A program made the translations under genes and the position numbers. The notes below the pieces were generated by a model, which was given only the letters and a program-made list of their open reading frames with translations, had not been told where the DNA came from and ran no database searches. Of a DNA stretch of 64,000 nt, positions 19,772-30,100 are shown piece after piece (the first letter of the stretch is position 1; each line of letters starts with the position of its first letter). The stretch is from Gammaproteobacteria bacterium (GTDB taxonomy: Bacteria; Pseudomonadota; Gammaproteobacteria; UBA4575): the NCBI GenBank assembly GCA_033344735.1, contig JAWPMW010000001.1, positions 911,869 to 975,868 on the forward strand, read 5' to 3'.

Positions 19772-20347
19772 TTAATCCATTAATGGCTGCACAACTTTAT
19801 CGATCGCCTCACGCGCTCTAAAGATTCGCGATCGGACAGTACCAATAGGACATTCCATTGCCTCTGCTATTTCTTCGTAGCTCATTCCCTCTAACTCACG
19901 CAGTGTAATCGCCATCTTTAAATCATCGGGCAATTGACCGATCGCATCAAACACCCTGTTTTCTAACTCTTGCGATTGTAATACCCGATCTGGTGTAGCG
20001 TGATCGCGTAAAACAACAGCATCGTCAAAATACTCTGCATCATCAACATCCACTTGACGATCTGCCTGTCTGCGTGATGCTGATAACAAGTAATTCTTAG
20101 CAGAGTTCACCGCTATCCTATACAGCCATGTATAAAATGCCGCGTCTCCACGAAAATTTTTCAATCCTCGATAAGCCTTAATGAACGCTTCCTGCGCCAC
20201 ATCTTGAGCTTCCTCAGAGCGGACATAACGACTGACCAAGTTGACGACTTTAAATTGGTATTTCTTTACCAATAAGTCGAACGCGCGCGTATCTCCTTCT
20301 TTTGCTCGTGCAACCAGTTCTTTATCGTTATTATTATTCTCGCCCAT
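19772..20347 (-). CDS. rpoE: RNA polymerase sigma-E (sigma-24, ECF)
   Basis: ELVARAKEGDTRAFDLLVKKYQFKV matches the RpoE N-terminus. A region 4 HTH is present. Start proposed at the internal Met (MGENNNNDKELV) with a GGAG RBS, rather than the ORF-track 20440. Confidence 0.9.
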   Translation of the reverse strand: MGENNNNDKELVARAKEGDTRAFDLLVKKYQFKVVNLVSRYVRSEEAQDVAQEAFIKAYRGLKNFRGDAAFYTWLYRIAVNSAKNYLLSASRRQADRQVDVDDAEYFDDAVVLRDHATPDRVLQSQELENRVFDAIGQLPDDLKMAITLRELEGMSYEEIAEAMECPIGTVRSRIFRAREAIDKVVQPLMD

Positions 20348-20388
20348 CTTGGGGCTATCTCCTTGGGCGAATAGGTATCCGCTGGTGG

Positions 20389-20415
20389 TATGACTATTTT
20401 GAGTCAATGAAGTTC
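20389..20415 (-). promoter_or_regulatory. Candidate sigma-E-dependent (autoregulated) promoter of rpoE
   Basis: Minus strand reads GAACTT-n16-TCATA, matching the sigma-E consensus GGAACTT-n16-TCnnA, about 40 nt upstream of the proposed rpoE start. Confidence 0.4.
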
Positions 20416-20504
20416 GCTCAAGCTCAGGTAGAGTGAGCAATTACGGCGATATACTAACGATTGATGCTAACGGCGTCACATATTTTATGACAGAATTAGA
20501 AGAT

Positions 20505-22187
20505 ATGAGCTTAAAATCAACAAATTCGAAGCCAAAATCGCACGATTACGATGTGCTTATCCTCGGCAGCGGTGCTGCAGGATTAAGTACCGCACTACAT
20601 ATTGAACAAAATTTGCGCATTGCAGTGCTATCCAAGGCTGAATTAAGCAGTGGAAATACATCCTACGCCCAAGGCGGCATCTCTGCAGTATTGGATGATA
20701 ATGACTCATTTGAGCAACATATTGCCGATACTATCTCTGCTGGTGCTGGCCTTTGTGACCCAGATGTTGTCGCTAAAACCGTTTCCGAAGGCAGTGAAGT
20801 GATTGATTGGTTATTGTCTATTGGTGTAGATTTCACGCGCGACAATAACCCTCAAAATTCTCAGCAATTACACCTTACTCGAGAAGGTGGTCATACGCAT
20901 CGGCGAGTTGCTCATGTGGCAGATGCTACTGGCAATGCCGTGCAAAACCAGCTCATAGATGAAGTGCGCAAATGTAATCATATAGACCTGCATTCTAACT
21001 ACATAGCGGTTGATCTAATCACTACTCGAAAGTTGGGCATAAAAGACAACCGCTGTGTAGGTGCATATATTCTCAATATTCAAACTGGAGAAGTCGAAGT
21101 TTTCCGTGCCAAAAATGTAGTATTAGCTACCGGCGGCGCTAGCAAAGTGTACTTATATACTAGCAACCCTGATGGTGCCTGCGGAGATGGCCTTGCCATG
21201 GCATGGCGTGCAGGTTGTCGAACGGCAAATATGGAATTTATGCAATTCCATCCTACTTGTTTATATCACCCCAAAGCTAAATCTTATTTATTGAGTGAAG
21301 CCATTCGCGGTGAAGGTGGCAAAATTACCCTAGAAGATGGCACAGAATTTCTACATAACTTCGACCCCCGGGGTGTATTGGCACCGCGTGATATTGTGGC
21401 GCGAGCCATAGACTATATGATGAAAAAACATGGTCTAGACAATGTATTCTTAGATATTAGCCATAAATCAGCAGAATTCATTCAAAGCCACTTTCCCAAT
21501 ATTCATGCACGATGCCTTTCTTTAGGGTACGACATGACTAAACAGCCTATCCCTGTTGTGCCAGCAGCTCATTACACTTGTGGCGGCATTATTACCGACG
21601 AACATGGGCAGACTGATGTTGAACAGCTCTATGCAATTGGCGAAGTTGCATTTACAGGTCTTCATGGCGCAAACCGTATGGCAAGCAATTCCTTACTAGA
21701 ATGTTTAGCTTATGGACGTTTCGCAGGTAGGCATATAAATAAATCAACTAACATCAATACAAACCACGCAGATATCCCAGCATGGGATGCCAGCCGCGTA
21801 TCTGATTCAGATGAAGAAATTGTTGTTGCTCACAACTGGGATGAACTACGTCGCTTTATGTGGGATTACGTTGGCATAGTACGCAGCACAAAACGCATGC
21901 AGCGTGCAAAACATCGAGTGGATTTATTACTAAGCGAGATTGATGAGTACTACAGCAACTTTAAAGTCACAAGTGACTTAATCGAACTACGTAATATTGC
22001 AGTAGTTGCAGATTTAATTATTCGCAGCGCTTTAGAGCGCAGAGAAAGCCGCGGCTTACATTACACCTTAGATCATCCTGATACAGACACTTCAATGGAT
22101 AATGTAAATACAATTCTAACACCGAATTTAAATGAACCTGTAGCAGGCTGGGATACTGAAACTCAATTAGCTGGAAACGACAAATAA
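20505..22187 (+). CDS. nadB: L-aspartate oxidase
   Basis: [16 protein letters not shown] motif and full-length NadB similarity. Divergent from rpoE as in E. coli and Pseudomonas. Start taken at the Met preceding YDVLILG. Confidence 0.9.
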   Translation: MSLKSTNSKPKSHDYDVLILGSGAAGLSTALHIEQNLRIAVLSKAELSSGNTSYAQGGISAVLDDNDSFEQHIADTISAGAGLCDPDVVAKTVSEGSEVIDWLLSIGVDFTRDNNPQNSQQLHLTREGGHTHRRVAHVADATGNAVQNQLIDEVRKCNHIDLHSNYIAVDLITTRKLGIKDNRCVGAYILNIQTGEVEVFRAKNVVLATGGASKVYLYTSNPDGACGDGLAMAWRAGCRTANMEFMQFHPTCLYHPKAKSYLLSEAIRGEGGKITLEDGTEFLHNFDPRGVLAPRDIVARAIDYMMKKHGLDNVFLDISHKSAEFIQSHFPNIHARCLSLGYDMTKQPIPVVPAAHYTCGGIITDEHGQTDVEQLYAIGEVAFTGLHGANRMASNSLLECLAYGRFAGRHINKSTNINTNHADIPAWDASRVSDSDEEIVVAHNWDELRRFMWDYVGIVRSTKRMQRAKHRVDLLLSEIDEYYSNFKVTSDLIELRNIAVVADLIIRSALERRESRGLHYTLDHPDTDTSMDNVNTILTPNLNEPVAGWDTETQLAGNDK

Positions 22188-22724
22188 TTTTGCACGATAA
22201 TGTTTTAATTCATCTATTGAATCACGTATATCTGCTAATGCTAAATGCTCTGATTCTTTATCAAATTCATATTCTTTACCTGGATACCAACGCTTAACTA
22301 GTTCTTTTAAAGTGCTGACATCTAAGTTTCGATAATGAAAAAATTCTTCCAAGGCTGGCATTTGTCGCGCCATAAAACGTCGATCTTGACAAATACTATT
22401 ACCACACATAGGCGACGCACCTGCAGGCACGTGTTTTTCTAAGAAAGCAATGGTTTCAGCCTCAGCTTGAGCCAAATTATATTGACTATCCAGTACACGT
22501 TTAATTAGACCCGATTTACCATGTTGCTTTTGATTCCACTCATCCATCTGGTCCAAACGACTTTGTGGTAAGTGAATAGCAATCATTGGGCCTTCAGCAA
22601 TTATATTGAGTTCTTTATCTGTGACAATGGTGGCTATTTCAATGATTTCATCATTGATCGTATCCAATCCGGTCATTTCTAAATCAATCCAAATGAGATT
22701 ATTATCGTCTGTAGAATTTTCCAT
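22167..22724 (-). CDS. orn: Oligoribonuclease
   Basis: [13 protein letters not shown] DEDDh exonuclease motif. 185 aa. Confidence 0.9.
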   Translation of the reverse strand: MENSTDDNNLIWIDLEMTGLDTINDEIIEIATIVTDKELNIIAEGPMIAIHLPQSRLDQMDEWNQKQHGKSGLIKRVLDSQYNLAQAEAETIAFLEKHVPAGASPMCGNSICQDRRFMARQMPALEEFFHYRNLDVSTLKELVKRWYPGKEYEFDKESEHLALADIRDSIDELKHYRAKLFVVSS

Positions 22725-22839
22725 CTATAGGCCCACTATGCTATGACTAGCTGTATAATTGAGAAAAATCAGAGTGTACACCAACTCTCTTCATTTTATA
22801 AAAATTCAACTGTTAAAAATATCGAGAAATATTTATCTT

Positions 22840-23127
22840 ATGAAATTATTACCCGTCCTACTATTACAACTCTTAATACTTATCTCACTGACCGCGCACG
22901 CACAGGATGGTCAGGCATTACACCAGTCAGAGTGCATTGAATGCCACAGTCGCATGACAGGCGGAGATGGACACGTAATTTATTCTCGTGATGATCGTAT
23001 AGTAAAAAATATATCTGAGCTCTCAACACGTGTTACACATTGCTCAAATGGAGCCAATACTGGCTGGAATGCAAACCAAATTGATGCTGTAACAAAATAT
23101 CTAAACGAGCGGTACTATAACTATTAA
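22840..23127 (+). CDS. Small secreted mono-haem cytochrome c
   Basis: Signal peptide MKLLPVLLLQLLILISLTAHA and a single CIECH haem-binding motif. Start chosen at the internal Met. Confidence 0.5.
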   Translation: MKLLPVLLLQLLILISLTAHAQDGQALHQSECIECHSRMTGGDGHVIYSRDDRIVKNISELSTRVTHCSNGANTGWNANQIDAVTKYLNERYYNY

Positions 23128-23140
23128 TAGCACTTTATTT

Positions 23141-24022
23141 ATGTATTTAGCACATGTCATCGCACGACAAGGAAATACATTTATTGTCGAAGATAAACAT
23201 GGAAAACAGCATATCTGTCACGCAAGGAGCAAATCGGTTGATGCCGTTTGTGGAGACAAGGTTGAATGCGAACACAAAGATCAATCAAAAGACGTTATTA
23301 AAAAAATATGCTCACGTAAAAATCAAATAACACGTATAGACAACTTCAAACGAGAAAAAACCATTGCTGCAAACATCGATCATATTATTATCGTTGTCGC
23401 TGCTACACCAATATTTTCAACATCGCTGATTGACAAATATTTAGCCTGCGCACAACTCAATAATTGCAAAGCGACACTTACAATCAATAAAGCAGAAATA
23501 CTCAATGATAATAATGTTAATATTTCTGAATTAGAGAATCTTTATAAAGAAATAGTAGATAATTTTATAATCACTAGTGCAAAACTAGGTTACGGCATTC
23601 AAACATTACGCCAAGCACTTTCCAATGAAACAAGCATTTTAGTTGGTCAATCAGGCGTTGGGAAATCATCATTAATTAACCGCCTACTTAGTAATAATAA
23701 TATTAAAATTGGCGAGCTCTCAGAAAATATACAACAAGGCAAACACACCACCACTAATGCTTTTGCACATAACATTAATGATAATGGCAAACTAATAGAC
23801 TCACCTGGCGTACGCATGTTCATGCCAATCTTCAAAAACTTAAAAGAAGTGATGCTAGGTTATAGCGAATTTCTTCCTCACATAGGAAAATGTAAATTCA
23901 CAGACTGCCAACATATAAAAGAACCTAATTGCGCAATCAAAGCGGCCGTAGAAAAAAATACTATTCACAGAGATCGCTACAATAGCTATTTAGAAAATAT
24001 ACAGGAAGTTAAAAATACATAA
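23141..24022 (+). CDS. rsgA: Small ribosomal subunit biogenesis GTPase RsgA (YjeQ)
   Basis: VGQSGVGKSSLINRL G1 motif, circularly permuted GTPase, C-terminal zinc finger CKFTDCQHIKEPNCA. Adjacent to orn as in E. coli. Confidence 0.85.
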   Translation: MYLAHVIARQGNTFIVEDKHGKQHICHARSKSVDAVCGDKVECEHKDQSKDVIKKICSRKNQITRIDNFKREKTIAANIDHIIIVVAATPIFSTSLIDKYLACAQLNNCKATLTINKAEILNDNNVNISELENLYKEIVDNFIITSAKLGYGIQTLRQALSNETSILVGQSGVGKSSLINRLLSNNNIKIGELSENIQQGKHTTTNAFAHNINDNGKLIDSPGVRMFMPIFKNLKEVMLGYSEFLPHIGKCKFTDCQHIKEPNCAIKAAVEKNTIHRDRYNSYLENIQEVKNT

Positions 24023-24153
24023 TATTTATCTGCAAATATCTTATACCAGGAAAACTCTACTCTTAACTACACTATCCCAGTTTGGATTATTTGCTATGAG
24101 ATTTGTGCATCACCATAAAGGCGACGCACAAATAAAGAACAACTAAATACTAT

Positions 24154-27100
24154 TTAAAATGCTTGAATTAGATTAAGTCTAACACCACTAATTTGAGTAT
24201 TATCTTCACGAAGGAAGAATGTTACTACGTGTTGCCCTGGTGTAAGATTAAGTGTTACCGCACCACTCTCTCCTCGGTTTGTAACAAGTGTAGGCACAAA
24301 TGAACTATAGTGTTGTCCTGTATCCCATAAGTATGGTGTTGATGGACCACCATCAACTTGGACAAAGAATGAATCTGAGCCAAAGCTATTTGCAAAAATA
24401 TCTGCTTCTATTTGATAGAGTCCTGCAGTTGTAACATTAAATGTAAACTGCGCTGATCCAGTACTTGGCGTGAAACTATAGTAATCACCAAATGATTCTG
24501 GCACGTGTATGTACTGGCCATTTGCAGCTAACACAAAGGCACCTGATAAACTTGCAGAACTAGCAGGCAAATCTAGTACTTCAGGACCACCACCAGTATC
24601 AGCCTCAACTGTAATAGACACCGCTGCGCTGGTTGTCGTGGCTGCTTCATTATCTGTCACTACTGCTGTCAAGCTATACGCACCTTCAGTCGCACCATTC
24701 CAAGTAAAGCTGTATGGTGCAGTGATGTCACTACTTAACAATGTTGTTCCAGCATAAAAATCTACACTGGTAACACTACCGTCACTATCTGAAGCAGATG
24801 CTGTAATGTTTATTGTATCACCGACAGTAAATGTTGCATTCGCGGCAGGTGCTGTAATCACTACTGTAGGATCAACATTAGCTGGCACCGTAACCGTGAT
24901 ATCAATTGCCACACTTGTAGTGGTCGCGGCTTCATTATCAGTCGCAACTGCTGTCAAGCTGTGAGCACCTTCAGTCGCACCATTCCAAGTGAAACTATAT
25001 GGCGCAGTAGTGTCTGTACTTAACAATGTTGCTCCGTCATAAAAATCCACACTTGTTACAGTACCATCACTATCCGATGCAGATGCTGTGATGTTTATTG
25101 CATCGCCTAGAGTAAATGTCGCGTTTGCGGCAGGTGCTGTAATCGCTACTGTAGGATCAACATTAGCTGCCGGAGTATTTACATTGATATTTATAGCTGC
25201 ACTTGTAGTGGTCGCGGCTTCATTATCTGTCGCAATTGCTGTCAAGCTGTGAGCACCTTCAGTCGCACCATTCCAAGTGAAGCTATATGGTGCAGTGGTA
25301 TCTGTACTTAATAGTATTGCTCCATCATAAAAATCTACACTGGTAATACTACCGTCACTATCTGAAGCAGATGCTGTAATGTTTATTGCATCACCCACAG
25401 TGAATGTTGCATTCGCAGCAGGTGCTGTAATCGCTACTGTAGGATCAACATTAGGTGGCGGTGTTACCGTGATATTAACATCACCACTTACAGAAACATC
25501 ACCATCATCATCAGTTGCAACCGCAGTGACTATATGTGCACCCTCTGCAGCACCATTCCAGGTAAAGCTATATGGCGCAGTGGTATCTGTGCTTAACAAT
25601 ATTGCTCCATCATAAAACTCTACACTTGTTACAGTGCCGTCACTATCTGAGGCATCAGCAATTAAGGTAATAGCGTTACCAAAAACAAATGATGCATTGT
25701 CGGATGGTGCCGTTAAATTTACAGTTGGTTCAATATTTGGAATTGGCTGATTGACGCTGATATTAACTATCGCACTTGTCGTTGCCGCCCCTTCATTGTC
25801 AGTTGCAACTGCAGTCAAGCTATGAGCACCTAATGATGCTCCATTCCAAATGAAGCTGTAAGGCGCATTAACATCGGTACTTAACAACGTGGCACCATCA
25901 TAAAACTCAACACTTATAATTGAACCACCTGGATCTGTTGCATCAGCAGTTAATGAAATAGCGTCACCGACAGTATAGGTAGCATTTGCTATAGGCGCAG
26001 TAAGGCCTACTGTTGGCGCAACATTTTGAGATGGTTGATCTAGGATTAGTTTTACGTTACTTAACTGAGTACCAGATTCTCGATGGTAAAAAGTTACGAC
26101 ATGCTCACCTGCTGATAAATTAACAGTCACTGGATCAGTTTCACCACGATTAATGATCAGTAGAGGTGTGAAAGTATTCTGTATTTCCGTATCCCATAAA
26201 TAAGGTGTATTTGGCACACCATCAACACGAATATAAAATGAATCCGACGTATCATCATTAGCTAGTACCGTTGCCTCAATCTGATATGTCCCCGCAGTCA
26301 CAACATTAAATGTAAACTCTGCATAACCTGCACTTATTCCAAAGTCATAGGCAGGTTCGATATTTTGTGGAACCTCGATAAACTGATTATCAGGAGAAAG
26401 TGCAAATGCTCCAAATATAACTGCATCTTGAGCTGCCTGCTCTAAAACCTCTAAACCTGTATCGCCGAATGGTGTTTCATCAGCATTATCACCAATACCA
26501 TCACCATCGGTATCTTGTGTTTCCGTTGGATCATTCGGGAATACATCACTGTTATCACCAACACCGTCACCATCGGTATCTTGTGTTTCTGTTGGATCAT
26601 TCGGGAATGCATCTTCTGTATCTAGAACGCCATCACCGTCACTATCTATAAAGCTAGCTTGTTCTAGGTAAGCAGACAATTGATCAAGTTCTGTAGAACT
26701 TAAGGTTACAGTATTATGCGCACTAATCGCTTCAGCAACAGTTTGTGCCGAGCCGTCATGTAAATAAGGTGCAGTCTTAAAGATACCAAGCAATGTTGGA
26801 GTATCAAAGCCATCAAGAGTTGACCCTAAACGTTGGCCACTAGCGGTATCAATTGTGCCAATATCATGCAATAGAGCTTGCTCAGAATCTGTCAACAAAA
26901 TCCCAGTATGGCAACTTGTACAACCACTATTATTAAATACAATTTCACCCGCGATTGCTTCAGCTGTCATATCAACCGCAGCAACGGCATATGGATTGGC
27001 AGGTATTTCAGTCAATGAATTCACGTAAGCGGCTAATGCATCAAGATCAGCACTAAGACCTGCCTTTGGAATACCCAGCGTGTCGCTAGTTGCAGTAAAA

Positions 27101-30100
27101 TCAGCTTCACTCATCAAACCAGTGCCCGCCGATAGATCGCGAATTTGTCCTTCAAAGTCTTGCACTTCATCAAAGTTACTTGACCAGTGAAGTCTGCCAT
27201 GACCTGCGCCATGACCTTGTAATGAAATGGTGTTACGTAGACCTTCACCAAATGCACTGATGTCCCAAACTCGACCATCACTATCACCTTCGTTATGACA
27301 TGACGCACAACTCATGTAATTATCAAGTGCTAAACGATCATCAGCTGCATCATAAAATAGTTGCTTGCCTAGGAAGACATCAGATGTTAATTGCTCACCA
27401 CCTACAACATTCACCGGACTAAGCAAATTCAATGCAGGCAGATCCGTTTCAATCATTTCAGTCAAGTCAAAGCGTGAAATACTTCTATCCATAAAGTTAT
27501 GCACATACGCAATACTACTATCAGTAGATAACGCAACGCCTTGAGGTGCACGGCCTGTTGGTAAACGCATTACTTCAAAATTATTAACAATATCAAACAC
27601 ACCAAGTTCACGACTGGTCTCTAAAGCAACGAGCAAGTAACGACTGTTGCCTGTTATTGCAGCACCAGTAGCAACACTAGCATTATCAAAATCAATACTA
27701 ATGTTTACACTGTCTTCAGTTTCAGTAGTTAGATCAATACGTGATGTATTCGCTCTAACAGTTGTATCGAATGTCATGCCTGGCTTGCCGCGCAATAGAC
27801 CTGAATCAACATTATCTTTCTTAGAAGGAATAAACCCGTTCTGATTATCAAAAGAAATAACAGGCGCATTCAGATAGTTTGGCATGCCTGGTCCCTGACT
27901 CTCAGAGATGAAACGATTATCGTAACTAAGTGCGATAGTATTGGTTAAACTCATTGATGGTGGATCGATAACAAATACTTCAGCAGCACCATTTTGCGTA
28001 TCTACAACCAATGTACTCTCACCAGGAATTGGTGGCGTTATAAAATTAGTAACTAACAAACGACTATCATCATATGTCATCGCAATATGACGCGGTGTGC
28101 CTGTCAATTGAGTACTCGCAATGACAGCGTGAGTCACAGCATTACGCGCTTCTACATGCGCCGTTGCTTCCAATACTAAGTAGTAGTTCGAACCAAGACT
28201 GTCGAAAACAATTCCGTGAGGTTGCGTGCCAAACGGCAAGCTAATTGTTTGCTCAACAACGAGTGTTTGAGTATTGATAACACTGATTGTTGCATCTTTT
28301 TTATTGGTTACATATACAAGATTTGCATTAGGTGCTTTAGCCAACGACCAAGGATTAAGACCAACAGGAATTTCTTGAATTAGATTTCCAGCTTCACTTG
28401 TTACAGACACCGAATTATTATCTGGGTTAACATTCCAGATACGGTCAGCACCAGTACTAGTTTCAACAATTAGTGTTGTCGAATTGCGGGGGGCTGTTGG
28501 TAAGTTAGCAAGATTTGAACCACCCGTAGGTGTTGAATCAATATTATCTCCATAACCATCACCATCGGAATCTGCTGTTTCAGTAGGATCATTCGGGAAT
28601 GCATCTGCATTATCACCCACACCATCACCGTCTGTGTCGGCTGATTCAGCTGGATCATTCGGGAACGCATCTGCATTATCACCGACGCCATCACCATCAG
28701 TATCAACTGTTTCAGTTGGATCATTAGGGAACGCATCTTCCGTATCAATGACACCATCTCCATCGCTGTCAACTGGGCCATTTGCCTGTACTAAAATCAG
28801 CTTTAACTCACTTAATTGCGTGCCTGATTCTCGATGGTATAGCGTGACTACGTGATTGCCTGCTGAAAGATCTACCGCAACTGGGTCTGTCTCACCGCGA
28901 TTAATTATTAGCAATGGTGTGAAAGTGTTTTGTATTTCTGTATCCCATAAATACGGTGTGCCCGGCGCACCATCGACACGTACATAAAATGAATCTGATG
29001 TATCATCAGTTGCTTGAACTGTCGCTTCTATTTGATAAATACCAGGAGTTGTTACATTGAATGTAAATTCAGCAGATCCTGCACTTTCACTAAAATCATA
29101 AGCGGGCACAACAGATTGCGGCACCTGAATGAATTGATTGTCTGGAGATAACTCAAAAGCACCAGACAGAACAGCTGCATTGGCTAACAACGCAAGCTCA
29201 GTATTGCCTCCACCATTATTACCGCTACCTTCTTCCACAACTATAGAGACTGGGACACTAGTGGCAATGGCACCGTCATTATCAGTTGCATCTGCAGTTA
29301 AAATATGAGCACCCTCAGTGGCACCATTCCAAATAAAACTATATGGAGCAGTGGTGTCAGTACCTAGCAATACTGCACCATCATAAAAGTCTACACTTGT
29401 AATATTACCATCACTGTCAGCTGCATCCGCAGTTATCGTTATAGCATCATCTTCTGTAAAGATTGCATTAGCTGCCGGTGCAGTTATGCTAACAGTTGGT
29501 AATATATACGGTGTTGGGTCAGAGTTGTCTCCGATACCATCACCATCTGTATCTTTTGTTTCGGTAGGATCATTAGGAAATGCGTCACTATTATCGCCGA
29601 CACCATCGCCATCTGAGTCTGTAGTTTCAGTAGGATCATTAGGAAAAGCATCTTCGCTATCTGGCACACCATCACCATCACTGTCACCTGGACTTTGAGG
29701 ATCTCTTAAAATTTGAATAGTCCTTCCAATCGATGGCGTATCATCACCGTTCATAGCAAATAACCAGTAATTACCTGCAATTAAAACGTTTGGATTAGAA
29801 AACATTGTCAAAGTAAATGTACCGTCACCATTATCGATAGAAGACACAGGGACAACACGCTGATCAGTATTCAAATGGTGAGTCGTTGCTGATAAACGAA
29901 CCATTGAAAAACTTTGTGTATCAGCACTTGCGCTTACAGTTATCTCATCACCAGCTCCAGCTTGTGATGGAGCGTTTGTGATTACCGGACGCGTTGCGAG
30001 TGAACCATCATTGTTGTACAAATAGGGAGGAGAATAAATCTGTGCATCAAGATGATTTGCATCACAATTACCACACGCTCCACCGCCGGCAGAAAATACG

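Noticed and set aside
24600-26050. Possible CRISPR-like or tandem-repeat array
   Set aside because: The repeats are 285-288 bp, in frame and protein-coding (Ig-like domains), with no short repeat-spacer structure. No cas genes in the window.
24509-29698. Several 60-100-aa ORFs on the plus strand inside the giant gene (e.g. 24509-24757, 25379-25615, 26469-26651 His-rich, 28634-28855, 29486-29698)
   Set aside because: They are antisense read-throughs of the repetitive coding DNA: the His-rich one is the reverse complement of GAC/GAT-rich TSP3 repeats, and the Ser/Pro-rich ones are the complement of the Ig repeats. No independent evidence.
26469-29700. DxDGDG repeats as RTX toxin / T1SS substrate signal
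   Set aside because: The repeats are thrombospondin type 3-like (DxDGDGxxDxxDAFPNDP), not the GGxGxDxUx RTX nonapeptide. No T1SS genes nearby.
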